Assembly: GCA_963920595.1 (NCBI GenBank)
Contig: OY986950.1
Span: 4,898,001-4,962,000 of the forward strand
Origin: Eimeria praecox
Taxonomy: Eukaryota
Length of the DNA stretch: 64,000 bases
Reading direction: 5' to 3'
Shown: positions 42,781 to 54,720 of the stretch, in pieces
Position numbering within the stretch: the stretch's first letter is position 1
Layout of the letters: each line of letters starts with the position of its first letter
The notes under the pieces: generated by a model
Told to the model about the DNA's origin: nothing
The model's database searches: none
Seen by the model: only the letters and a program-made list of their open reading frames with translations
Program-made: the position numbers and the translations under genes

Positions 42781-45589
42781 AGACGAGCTGGGGGGCGGCA
42801 GCATTGCAGCATGCAGAGCGAAAGAGCGCAATTTAGTGCATTTAGCGTGTGGGAGGAAGCGAGTGGTGGTTCGTGTAAAAGCAATATATGTGGGTACACC
42901 TGATTTAAGCGCTGAAGCGCTTATAGTCTGAAACGCGGTACAGGCCGCGAAGGCTTTTATTATGTTGACGATTTAAAGCAGTGTTTCGTCGTCGTAGTTG
43001 TGCTTGGAAGAGTGTGGAGACATTAAACGGTAGGGTGAGTCATTGGCCTGAAATGCGTTGCGAAGGGCAAGTGGACTCAAGCAGCGGGTTCGGTGGGCCG
43101 CAGCATTAACACTTTGCTGCCGGCGTCTTCCGAAACCTGTTTGCCCAGGTGCAGCTTGTGGGTTTCTGCGCTTAGCCACAAGGCAATGGCTATGCATAGA
43201 TCTGTTATTGTCGTTACGAGGGAGTTGCTTGATAGAAGCCGAAACCTCGCCCGTTCAAGCATAAATGCGGGCCGAACTGCTGCCAATTCATTGTTTATTT
43301 AGCGGATCACACATTAGTGCCTGCACTGCGCAGACCGTGGGTGCTGCTTTTGCCAAGAACAGGGGGACTGGAATGCAGATATTCGGTTAGCATTAGCGGC
43401 AGTTTCGAAAGAGCTGCAGAGCTTAGCGCATCTACTTTCTAGTTGCACGTTAGTGCCACTTTATTGAAGAACAGGGTAGAGGCATTAGTCATAGTCGCTT
43501 TGGTTCAGGACCATCCCTAGGCAGGTAAATTAGGGATTTGTTGTGAATATTCAAGATGACTAAATCTGTATTCATGAATCTTACTGGGGTAAGCAGTGAT
43601 GTGCCTTCGATTTGGTACTGACTAGCATTCAAGCTTTGATGGCCTGAAAAGCTTTAGATAGCGTTTTGCAATTTTGGCCTGCACAAAGTGGAGCCAAGAA
43701 CGTTGCTTATTACTGCGAGCTACAGAGGTAAAGCAGCGGCCCCCACATGTTTCGTGGGGAACCACAGGAAGTGCGTTGATTCAAGCCGTGTGCCAGCCCC
43801 GACATTTGCGTGAGTTTGAATCTGCTTGTTATCTGTGTTAGGCTAACCGGCATGCGACGGTGTCCAGTGATCTTGACTTAGCTAAAAGACCATATCGCAG
43901 TGAAATTAAATGTAGAAGCGCGCATGAGCCGAACCGCTGCTATTACCAGGAGGTGAGAGCGTGGTAGCTTCACGAAGCATTGGTATTGCTGTATTCCATT
44001 GGTGTGGGCAAAGCAACAGTGGACACTGCACCAAGCACGGCGACCCAGTGCTTTTTGCAGAGACTACCAATACTGAGAAATCTGAATCCGACTCTGGGTG
44101 ACAGCTCGTTGGCTGAGAAGGTGCAGCACAAAAAGCTGCCAACCAGGGTAATAGGCTGAAATCATTGATGGCGCTCGCATCTATGCTCGCTACAGGAGAT
44201 GGCCGCATTTTCCCATTAATCTGCACCTTTACAGAGCACAAGCTAAACTCAACTCTTAGTTGTTGAAGGACAATATTATTATGTATAGACCAAGCGTAGA
44301 TCATACTTTCTTATTCATAGAGTATGCCCTGCGTGCTCTTTTGGCTCTGCGAATTCCCGGCGTGGGTGCAGCGGACGACTTAGTGTAATTTAACCTTCGA
44401 ACGTGGCACACTTACAGCGAATTTGAAGCGTTCCACAGGCCAAAATTGCCCCTGTTGTTTTTATCTAACCACCGGATAATTTGGAAAGAGATGTCAAGAA
44501 GCTGCAGGCCGTTAGGCTTTAGCAGCCGCACCCCGCAGGTGCGCTGTTATTCGGATGCACGTGTAGATTGTAGCCACACAAGCGCGGATGCGCCTGCTTG
44601 TATGCGGAGGTGAGTCTCCATCATCTTCAGCGCGAAGGTTGAGGTGCTAGCAAATATGGGGGAACCAACAGAATTTAGATTCCATGACAGTTCGCGCCTG
44701 CTACAGTACAGCAATGGTGAGCAAACCCACTGCAGGAGAAATAAGGTACGGTCACCAATGGTGCGTCTCTGTTTGCTTTACGGGGTCGCCTCTCCTTGGA
44801 ATGCCCTTTCAAGCCCATGAATTTGCCGGCAGTGCTTGCTTGAACTGCAAATGACCATCATCGCTGTGAGGAGCTAGTCTCAAAATGACGATGGTTGCCT
44901 GCAATTCAGCTGCTTCCCGCTGCAGGCCTCCACCAAGATTAAGCAAGGGTGTCTTGGATATGGCGCACATAAGACCAGAGCAGAACGCTGGGCAACATCA
45001 ATTTCAGGAGGTATGCTGCTCGCTGGACCTCCAGATTTGCTTTACCTACTTTTAGCATATCTATGCGGAGAGTCTAGTAGATTGAAGTTGTCTTCATAGT
45101 TTGGCTGCCTCATCGGATTCTGAAAAGAATCGTAGTATTGATTCGTGTCAGTCATTCGATGCACTAAAAATGCGTTTAGTACAACGCCTTTTTAAGATAT
45201 CTTTGTCAACCTCTTTGAGCTGGCGAACTAGAAAGCTCTGCTTCTTGAAAAGAAGCGCATGAGATAGCTCCCCTTCATATCCAGCCAGCGACTGCCCCTT
45301 CTGGTGGTGGCATCTAGTACCAAAAGCCATTTGCAAAGCAGCCAGTCGCATTTAAGGCCTTTCACGCAGCTCTGCCATCAAATATGGGCGCTAGGGAGAA
45401 TGCGTTTCTTTGTATTAGAAAGTAAGCACAGACTTTATGGGTCTATGCCCTTGCAGATGGTTGCCGCTTTTAGAAATCATGCAGCATGCGGTGTCGGCGA
45501 GTCTCCTTGCTTGGAAACAGCAAACCGTCGAAGCCCGTACTGGCAGAGGCCTCTAATATTGTCAACGATAGCGAGGTTTACACACGAAG

Positions 45590-45652
45590 GCAGGGGAATA
45601 ATCGTGCTTGCTTGGTACCTAGGGTACCAAGAAACCACGATTATTCCCCTGC
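45590..45652. mobile_element. 63-bp palindromic MITE-like insertion with an 8-bp target-site duplication
   Basis: GCAGGGGAATAATCGTG-CTTG-CTTGGTACC-TAG-GGTACCAAG-AAAC-CACGATTATTCCCCTGC: 30-bp arms with 28/30 complementary, and the outer 17 bp perfect. ACACGAAG lies immediately on both sides (45,582-45,589 and 45,653-45,660). Confidence 0.72.
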
Positions 45653-47599
45653 ACACGAAGACATTGAAAAGGAAGGCTATGATTTTTTGCTGTGCTTCGA
45701 CATCATCCAGGATGTTCAAACCATTCAGGTGGGAAGATGGCAGGATTTTGTAGGACTGGCTCATGGCAGACCGCCTTTTGTCGTGATAAAGGATAGAATG
45801 TTCCGCTTGGAGTTCTGTGCTTCTCTAGTTCGGTAGTATCTCGGGCCAATCGCGATTGGGTCTAGCACGTCAGGTTAGCCATAGTCGGCCCGAATTTGAT
45901 GCTGCCTGATGGCTATGCCTGTGGATGCCGCCATTTGTTTAGAAGGTGGAGCTTTGCTGCGGGAAGATGCAGCCATACTCGTTTTCCGCTCATCTACCAC
46001 GGAGGTTTCTACGGAGGCTTCATACACTTCGCCCCAGGCAGTGCGTTCCCAAAATGTGCAAGCAGGTGGCATCCAAGAGTTACTCGAGGGCGTGCACGCC
46101 TGCTGCCGAAATGCTATGGCTTGTTTATTGATCCCAGTTGTGTACTCCAGTATTGGTGCCAAAAACCCGTCCCCACCCAGGTCAACTTATTTTGAGAACC
46201 TACGCTCAAGGGCAACGAGGTGAGTGAATCTGTTTATAAATTGACCCTGCGGTCTCAGCACGCGAAGCTGTGTGATGGAGAGTCTGGCTGGCTGAAAGCA
46301 AACCAGTGCACTCCAATTTCGAACGGCTGCCGAAAATTTGATCGTAACCCCGGAATACCTTTTATGAAACACCTCTGCTTGCACAATACTAGGAACAAGA
46401 GGCTCAGGAGCTTTGGCTTTGAGGAAATGTACCCATCGTTATGAGCAGCGACGCTGCCCTTAAGAGCTGCGGCATAGGCAGTGCGTCGTCTAAAAAGCGC
46501 TAGTATCGTTCGTATGCACAAGCACGTTTGGCGTTGTGGGTGGGACGGAGCAAAGATTCCCAGCTTGTCTTTGTCCTTGCGCGGCCGTAGTTCTCAACTA
46601 AGATCTGTGCATATTTCTATCTGAACAAGTTGCATGCGCGCGGTGTAGTGAACGAAATGACAGATCGGGTTTCTTGCTCTGCTACAGTCATAGTGGGCAG
46701 TGCGCCTCCAATAGTTCCAGAGTAAACGGTGACGGTTGGATGGAAAAGTTGCTGCGGAGTCGTCTCTACAGCTGCGAATTTTTCGCAAGTCCTCAAAAGG
46801 CGAACAGTTTTGATTTGCGCTCGAATTAAAGAAGAGGCGGCGTTAGAAACGCCGGGATCATGTGAGCTCTTGGATTTTACGAAGGCCGGAGGATATGCTT
46901 GTGCAAGCGGGCTCTTTGTCTCTCTTCCTTATCTTTAGCCATGCGCTTTTGTTAAAATAAACCATGTGATAAGCCTAGCAAGCGAAAGACAATCTTGGAT
47001 TGCTACATTCGAACTGAGCCAATGAATCCCAAAGTTGGTGCGTTTGCTTGCGTCACGTGTGAGTCTGGCTGCTTCACCGCTGCGATGGGTGGGGTGGGAT
47101 GTTGGCATAAGAGAATCTGCGCAACGTACATGCTATGTTATGCGCAGTATGCGCAACATGCTTGCTATGTTGTCAGCCAGGTGGCATTTTAGGAACGAGC
47201 TGAGTATGATGCAGGCTGGCTGTTGGTGGTTTGGACACCAGTTGGTTGGTGATGGATTGGCTGTGTGTTGGCACAACGTTGTAGGATGTAGCAGTGCACA
47301 AGCATGCACTATGGCGAAGCGCTTGGCAAGTATGAAGTAGTCTGTGAATATCAGGTGCAATCGAACGGTGTACGCGCTACTGTGGAAGTAGCAGTCGAGT
47401 AAACGGCTGGGCGGGAGTGGTAGGCAGCTTGTTCAGTAACACCTAACGGCGTTATAGTTGTGGTGCTTGACACTGAAACAGCCAAAAGCCAAAGGGAAGC
47501 TGCCAGACCTGGGTGTATTACGGAGGAAAACGTTTATACAGCGACGCTGGTATGAACCCTTGTGGCATGCACAGGAAGTATGGTTTCCCCCAGCAGGAT

Positions 47600-49465
47600 G
47601 GTGTTCTGCATCTATGAGCGTACCTTTGATAGTTGCGGAGCCGCTTACACAGGTTTTTGGAACTCGTCGGCTTCCGCTTCTGTCTGAAAGTTTTATCTGC
47701 GTTCAGTGCAAATTTTATTCTGAAAATGCTGTATGCTTGGCTTCAACTTGGCCTAATAGGCAAGCAGGCCTATCGACTCGGTTGCTTTGTTTCAGTTGTA
47801 GTGGTACGCGCGCCTCCAGTAGCGTCGCAAACCACTTGGAGGGGGAAAATGGCTGCTTGCTCATCTCCATAGTTGTGTATGCCTCTCAATGGCTCATGCT
47901 ATCCATATGCACGTGAATTGGAACCGGAGATGTACCAGAAAATCGGGGCCATAATTAGGAATTCACCTTCACGGCGAATTAGGGATTCGCCGTGAAGGTG
48001 AATTCCTGCCCTTCTTTCCGCATCTTTATACGTTAACGAGGGCCCCTTCGATAATATGAATTTTATTATATGCTCTTCACCTTCTAGCTATACACGAAAC
48101 ACTGCGTGCTATTCGAACTTGTGCATTTCGAAGCTTGTGCGCTTGCTTCGGCGCATGTGAAGCTGTTTGCTGCTTCGCCTTGAGAGCCAGAGCCTGGTGG
48201 AGAAAGAAGGAGCACGCCTCGGTATTTTCCTGCATTCAAGGGAACGATACTGTTCCTCGTCATAGGTGCGAAATGAGCCACCCGATGGATCTTGCTGTAC
48301 GCGCCAGTTCTACATTATCATCAGGCGAACTGCCAAAACAGCATAACGTGGTGTTACCTTACGCTTGTATCAAACTCGATCACACTTCACGGTAGGGACC
48401 AAATTAAGTTCAGCGCCTTCTCTGCTGCACCTGGTTTCTACTCTGCAGTGTGAGGCCTTCAGCTGGCTGTGGGTTCACCGAATGGGTGCGGGTGCTCGTT
48501 GAACATGGCAGGTCATCCACTTCATATATGTAGTCTTCCGCGCGGCTACGGTAAACGCTCTCAGAGCCTGCTAGGGTGCGACAGACTTGTTTAGTGATTA
48601 TCCTAGACGGGCGGTGCAGATCCTGAAGCCGGCTCGGCTTTATTAACACTCTGTTCCAGAAAGTGCGCCAAAGACTGCAGTTTTTCAAGGCATCTTTGCC
48701 GATCCTGAGGCCGTTGTCGAATTGTCGAGGACCCTTACCAACCGCCTAGACCAGTGCAGCGTCTTGCAACAGCATACTGGCTTGCGGGGTGGTTAGGTGC
48801 TCTGTGCGGTTTGCCTTGTCCAGTTGTTCCTACACGCAGCGCAGCCTCAGCGAATATCCTTAGGCAAAGGAGCAGGAACCAGCTACGCGCGACACCGCGT
48901 AACGATGCAGTGGCTAATCAGTCGATGGACCACTTTGCCAGGCCTGCAGAGACGGAGCTGACCAGTCCCATTTCTTGTCCAGCTGAACATATTGGCTCAT
49001 CGGCTACTCACTGACTGTTCGCGAACGCCATTTCGACGCGTGCTATTTGAATAAAGCACGCTCATTCCTGCTGAACGTTCTCTTGAGTTTTCTCTTGTGC
49101 AAAGAAGAAGCTCTTTTGAAAGCTGATGCTGTTCGGTCGTTTTGCTCTTTCAACGCATTGAGAAGGCGTGCGTTGGCCTTGCCAGTGCTGCTGCCCGATA
49201 TTGATGAATGCACCCAATACCATGATTTACGGAGAAAAGTCAGAGGCAACAGCTTCTCAAGCATAGTTGTAGCCATCGTGTCTCCAGGCCAGAGTTGCCT
49301 TTGGTGAGGCAATGTGCTCACTGTCCCTGCGATTGGAATTATATTTTGGATTTCTTGGCGAGCCTTTCCGAAGTCGGTGTGTTGCGCATTGGCTAATATA
49401 AAAGGTTACACAACTGTATGCGATGCGCCTCACAACTTTGCAGGTATCAAACAATCATTAGGCAG
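47600..49465 (-). pseudogene. Diverged paralogue (unit -3, left limit uncertain) of the 2,656-bp repeat unit; decayed coding-like sequence of unknown family
   Basis: GGCAATG...TTATATTTTGG...CGGTGTGTTGC (49,308-49,386) matches 57,274-57,342 at an offset of ~7,965. AACGCC..CGACGCGT..GAATAAAGCACGCT (~49,025) resembles ~56,972. Minus-strand FNEHPHPFGEPTAS (~48,460-48,502) resembles LDEHP...DPTSS (~56,535-56,578). Alignments were made by eye. Confidence 0.5.
47957..48007. repeat. Perfect 23-bp inverted repeat with a 5-nt loop (TAGGG)
   Basis: AGGAATTCACCTTCACGGCGAAT (47,957-47,979), then TAGGG, then ATTCGCCGTGAAGGTGAATTCCT (47,985-48,007). Confidence 0.97.
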
Positions 49466-50558
49466 AGTAAATACTGACATACCCAGCATAAGGCATCGTC
49501 AGGCGGCGGCGGCACACTAGCACCGGTAATAACACTCATTCGTTAGTAAATAAGAACGCAATGGTAATGCTCCTTATGGAGAATCAGAAGTATGTCTAGC
49601 AGAAGCATGTCACAGCAGGTTCACGGCTTGCATGCCTTGGCTTGCGCAGGAGTGATCTGATGCCTGCCAACGGACGTGATTCCTTGGGGTTTTAGAGACA
49701 AAGTGCGCAGCTTCGGCAGTTGTGGGGACCTCCACAAGTTCTGAGTAGTGTGCTGGATTTTACGTGCAGTGTATGGTGATGCAGGAAAGTGGACAAAGCT
49801 GTCCTTTGTATTCAGCATACTCCAGAGACAGCTTCGCAGGCCTGTGAGGCTGAGGTGTCAACGTCCGCAGTGCTTGTTGGATCTCCATAAATATCACTGC
49901 CCTGCTTTTCTCAGCGTTCAAGGACGGTGCTTGCTTCATGGTTCTTCATCGTTATTTTGTGGATGAATATTTATCGCCTATGGCCTTAAATTTCCGAGAC
50001 AGGCACGCCTTGCGATGCGATACAGAAAGTACACAATGCTTTTCATGGCTTTAAGCATGGTCCTCCATCAATTATGCTTGAAGCAGGGGCTTTACGCGTG
50101 AAACACGGTTCAGTATGTCTTTGTAACGTTGGCATAGGGGGCGCGCAGCTTTGGAATTTCTGTTCTCTGTGTTTTCTTCCTAGGCAGTGGTGATATCGGC
50201 AACTGGCAAGCGGCCGGACTTAAATAGCCAGCAAGAAGCTGAGAGGGTTTTTACTTCTTTCATTCTGAAGCAGGGTGCTACTCCCCTGCGATGAGGCGCA
50301 ATATTGTACATATGAGCAACTCTTTTAGGTGCCTGTATGTTGCACACTAGTGTCATAGGGTACTGCATGTCGCCAGTTGCCTGCCAAATGTTAAGAATCT
50401 TGGAGTCTGCAAGCATGCAGTGGAAGCTGCTTGGGACGGCCTGGCATCTGCCCATCTTCCCAGTATGGTGCCATGAGTGGCATTTGCTATTCTTACTAGT
50501 CCCTCTAATTTGTATAACTTCCATTTGAACTTCTTGGTGGCGTTGTTTATTTGCTCAT
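48816..50558 (+). repeat. Segmental duplication copy A (partner at 62,258-64,000, offset 13,442)
   Basis: Near-identical sequence; identical ORFs at 49043/62485, 49257/62699, 49621/63063 and 50180/63622. The true right limit is unknown because the partner leaves the window. Confidence 0.97.
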
Positions 50559-51680
50559 CCTGTTCATGTTGTGCCAGCATCGTAGAAGCGCTTTGCCTTC
50601 AAGTCAGCGTTCCAGCGCTAAGTGCCCAGAGTTGTGACATGTTGCTTGCCTCGCACAGGAGCAAGGGGCCTGCGTATCTTTGGGCTTAATGCAAAGTACA
50701 TGAAAATGCTGTATTTATTTATGTCGCGCGTTGCACATGACGTTTTTTTCACCTCGCATGCTGTTGTTGATTTGGTAGGCATCTGGCAGACCTCGCAAGG
50801 TGCATCCCGTTCGACGATGGATCAGCAAGTGCGCTGGCCCACATAGAAACAAGGATATGCTGCTGGTAGTCGGCGCCAACGAAGCTGGACTGCGCCTCGG
50901 CTTACCTTCGTTGATTGTGTTAATTGCGAGACTGCCGAAGTCAACGCAGCATTCTCTCCATTATCTTCGATTTGATCAGGTGCAGCGGATCTTGTCCTAG
51001 TGGCAGGGTCACTGTCAGTGTTTAATTCGGTCGAGCAGGCAAGTCTTATTGTTTATTCTATGGCAGTACAGCGACAATCCCACATCTGCAATGGTGGCGC
51101 AAGCTCCATAGAGTTGCCTTTAGCTGGCCACTTGCAATGAAGAGGCCACGCAGATTTTTAGCAGTGAATTTACGTTGCTGAGGACAAATCTGGGTGCACC
51201 CTTCCTGCTACGCTCGCTCTTACCATCGGCCTGAGTCCCCCTACAATGCGACGTTTTGGGGGCGAGCATATGGCAGCTTTCGTGACCTTGGACTTGCGAG
51301 TGGGAAGCAATAACAGGTAGTACACTTCTCGCCTAGCATCGTTCGAGTATTTTGGATACAGAAGTGTGCCGGGATCAAGATGCTCATGCGATAGCTTTGT
51401 TGTGCATGGAACGCCTTTCCTGTGCAGAATCGTGGATATTTTTCTCTGGTTTATGTGCATGCACTATCTTCCCAGTGGTTTAGCAGCAACGGCTGCAGAC
51501 TATTAGGTTAGGCGAGCTGTATTTTCTATACTGCAAAGGAAATGGAAAACCCACTTGTGTTAGACGTGAAGCCTACTACCGGAGGTTGGCTCTCAAATGC
51601 GTCAGAGGGTGCGATAGTACACAGTTCAACAGCACTTCATTGCTAACAGGCTAATGTGGAGCAGCGCAAACGCTGGTCAC
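49465..51680 (-). pseudogene. Diverged paralogue (unit -2) of the 2,656-bp repeat unit
   Basis: Collinear anchors at offsets of ~5,170-5,260: ATCCTGT..GAAGCGC..TCTTTGGGCTTAAT (50,557-50,690) vs 55,782-55,870, and GATGCTCAT (~51,379) vs ~56,566. Peptide EVYYLLL in ORF 51170-51460(-) vs EVKYLLL at ~56,480-56,500(-). Confidence 0.5.
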
Positions 51681-54600
51681 AGTCTTTAAAGCGGATGATC
51701 GATTGTATGGACTAGTAGAGGTTTTCTTGCTGTCTTCAGCTATCGCTGCTATAGCTGGCACGTGTAGCTATCCACGCTTATCATCTGCGCGGCATTGCTT
51801 CGCTTGTTGAGGTATGCTCCACGACATGAGGATCGGGTTAACTGCCGTTGCAGGGAAGAATCCGGCTTGCACTGCGGGTCTGTCAAAGAAGGTTGAGCAG
51901 TGTGTGCATGTGGGCAACAGGGCTTGTACTTTTTGTTATGCTTTCCCCGTCACCAAAGAAGCGCGTCACCCACGCCGATCAGACAATTTCGACGATTATA
52001 GGTACTGGTGGATACGCCATTTGGGAGTTCTGTTTCGGGCAAGGGTGGAGGTAATGAGTGCTGCCAACCACCGAATAGCGTTGCGTCGAGCTCTTGAATG
52101 TCGAGAGTAGGACCCTGCTCGAGAGGTGTGCGTTTCCGTGGCTTGTAAGATTGTAAGATGGGGAGAAGCGAGATGCCTCTGCACCTGCAAAAGCAGCATA
52201 AGCGAGCACCGATTGCATCTATAGGGTTCCCTCCCTTTCGCGGTAGGCAGTGTGATGCAACTGTCGTGGCTTCGTTTTTGTTTCCTTACAGCATACAGGA
52301 GCTCGCGTACGTGCCAGAGCTATCCAGTTGTGCCATAAGAGTGCCGCGGGATGCGGGGTTAAAAGCTGTGGCACCACCTGCCTCGGATGGTTAGAGTGCT
52401 CCAGCAAAGCAACGGCCAAAGCGCAATTCTCAAATCCCAGGAAGCATATTTCGATTTCGTCTATCTACCCCTTCAAGGCAGTATGCTGCTTGGGCTTTGC
52501 AAAAATGCAGAAATGTTCAGCCGCCCTGCGGAAATACCGTGTTGCATGGGCGAGAGGCCGCTGTTGTGGACCATCCTTATTTTAGTGGAGATTTCCAGCA
52601 CAACGAAGCACCACGTGCGCTGTCAGTACGCATGAACTGGCCCTTCGCGTGCTCTGGGCTTAGTCCGATATGCATGAAGTAGTTTTGTCAGGAGCATACT
52701 CGACCCGCTGGTTGCGTTCTTGCCCGTTGGCTGTGCCCTCGTCAAGGACGTACTGGCGGTCCAGAGTAGGAACAGCTTCAACGCCGATTAGTCTAAGGAC
52801 GGTACAGCTGATCGGCACCGCATTGGGTTGCTTTGTGGAGAGCAGACACGTTGGTTGCGCAGAAGGGTTTGTTCGGAATTCTTACGTGCTTTCCAGGTCA
52901 GCTTTTATCATACTGAATTTCCATATCTTTGTAATGGCGTGCAGATGGTATCAGCTAGGGCCAGTGTATTAGTGCGCGTCATCTCTTGCGCTCTCTAGGG
53001 TCTTGCTCTGTGGGTGTGGTGGCCCTATGTGAAGAGGCGCTTCTCAGTTGTCATTCCGACACTTCGTAGAATATGTGGGGAGCAGTATTCCTCTAGTTTT
53101 ATGCACGGTTGCAAAGAACCTTACTTTCGAGGGGTTTTGTGGCTGCGCCTAAAGCATATTGGAGAAGCGAGAAAGAGAAAAGTGGAGGACCCGCTCCCTG
53201 GAACTGGAATCGTTCAATTACATTCCGTCAGAGAGTACTGTGCAGAGACGAATATTCAGACCGAACTGCGTCCTGGCGCTGCTGCTAATACTGTTCAAAT
53301 AACATTTACGGTAGGCTAGCTATGCCCATAGCAGTTGACGCTTCTGGGTGCTTTCATGCCTTGGTTCAGCGCGTGCGCCATTTTCTGCATATAAACGAAG
53401 GCTTTGTGCAACCTGATGCGGCGGTAAGCAGCAGCGCGGCTGAGCGCAGAGGTACCGGATGGACATTTCAGGCTTGGCGGCATGCCTCATTTTCATGCTG
53501 TAGAGAGTGCGGATCTTATGAGTATCATTTGTGCAGGACGCTAGCGCAACGTGCTTGAAGGCGACATCGATGAGCTCTCTTCGAAAGGCATGGAATGGCA
53601 GTAGTTCCATGGCTTCTGCAATGTGGCCACTCTAGACGAGTCGTTGCTGTTGCCATTTGTCCTTTCTTTGGACATGAAGGGCAAATGACGGGAGCAATGT
53701 TGCAAGACGATACATTGTGCTGCTCTTCACCTCCACAGCAGGAATGTGTGGGTAGGGTAGGGAGCGGTGCTCGGTGCAAGGAATGCAGAAAAGGTGATAT
53801 TACTACTCGGTTACCATATCTGTTGTATCACTTGCTGCTCATCAAGCACCATTAATTGCGGAGCGTAGCTTATAGAGCTGCCGCCTTGATGAAATGCTAA
53901 TACGGCTGGCGGATGACCACACAAAGAGCCTGCTCAGAACGATGAACTGAAGCTTGTAGAGAATGCATGTAGGCGTTGCTCGGCATCTGAAACACGGTGA
54001 GATCCATGTGCGCATTACCTGAAACGCCATGGTTAGTGTCAAATAAACCTGAACCCATAATACCATCTTCGGGTCCCAGAAAGTACGGGAGAATACCATG
54101 ACGCATGTGTCGAGCAAACATTGTGAACTGTACACCGGTACACCGCATGCATGACCCCGAGAAAGTTCACTTCCATAAACCCAGCGCCCATAGCCATTCC
54201 CGCAGCTTCTAGAATGTGCAGCAGCGCTGCACAGGAACCGAATGGCGGAAGCGCCCCTTTTTTCCCCTTTCAAGGCTACCTACAAAGCGTGGATGCCATT
54301 CCAGCAGAATTAATTAAGTTTGAGCACGTCGTTTCAGGCGTGCCGACAATGAAAACCATTGTGACTTATTGCGGGATACTCAATATGAGCCGCCTGCTCC
54401 CCACTTGCCATGTGTCCGTGGTGTGCACAGAATCCCCCTAGGCGGTTTTGTTCATTATCCCTAGGCGCAAGAACGCTTGGCGTGCTTGGTGATTATACCA
54501 AAAGGGATGTATCTCAGGTGCGACCCAGGTTACTGCAAGCCGGTCTCTGCCGGCGAACCGTTTTTGCCTCCTGCTGCCTACTGCGAGATTTAAATGCCCC

Positions 54601-54720
54601 ATGACAGTATCCTCTCGTGCCAAAATGACTTGCGCGCCCATGCATTCGGTGACGTCGACCAATTCTACCATGACCACTTACGCCAATCCCACCCCCGTGC
54701 TACTGTGCTGTGTTAGAGTA
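51680..54720 (-). pseudogene. Diverged paralogue (unit -1, ~3.0 kb) of the 2,656-bp repeat unit
   Basis: Ungapped 34/49 match of 54,465-54,513 to 57,115-57,163. Collinear anchors: TACGCCAT (52,013/55,051), GTCGAGCT (52,085/55,107), CGGAAATA (52,529/55,457), CTTACGTG (52,880/55,746), GGTRAGCAGC (53,423/56,147), GAAAGGCA (53,583/56,309), TGCTCATCAAG (53,836/56,568), CCAGAARGTACG (~54,076/56,788). Offsets trend from ~3,040 down to ~2,650. Confidence 0.65.

Noticed and set aside
364..42899. Many long His/Thr/Pro/Asn-rich minus-strand ORFs (up to 431 aa) and Val/Gly/Trp/Cys-rich plus-strand ORFs
   Set aside because: They are translations of the satellite. The C/A-rich strand is T-poor, so stops are rare, and the 346/347-bp monomer is not a multiple of 3, so the same DNA is read in rotating frames.
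44949..44962. Exact 14-mer GTGTCTTGGATATG shared with 56,260-56,273
   Set aside because: The offset (11,311) is out of register with neighbouring anchors and the flanks do not align; it is compatible with chance.
47129..47172. Local TGCTATGTT and ATGCGCA duplications forming an imperfect hairpin
   Set aside because: Short and imperfect; most simply explained by slippage.
20920..48000. TTAGGG / TTTGGG hexamers as telomeric repeats
   Set aside because: They occur only as isolated single copies, with no tandem telomere tract.
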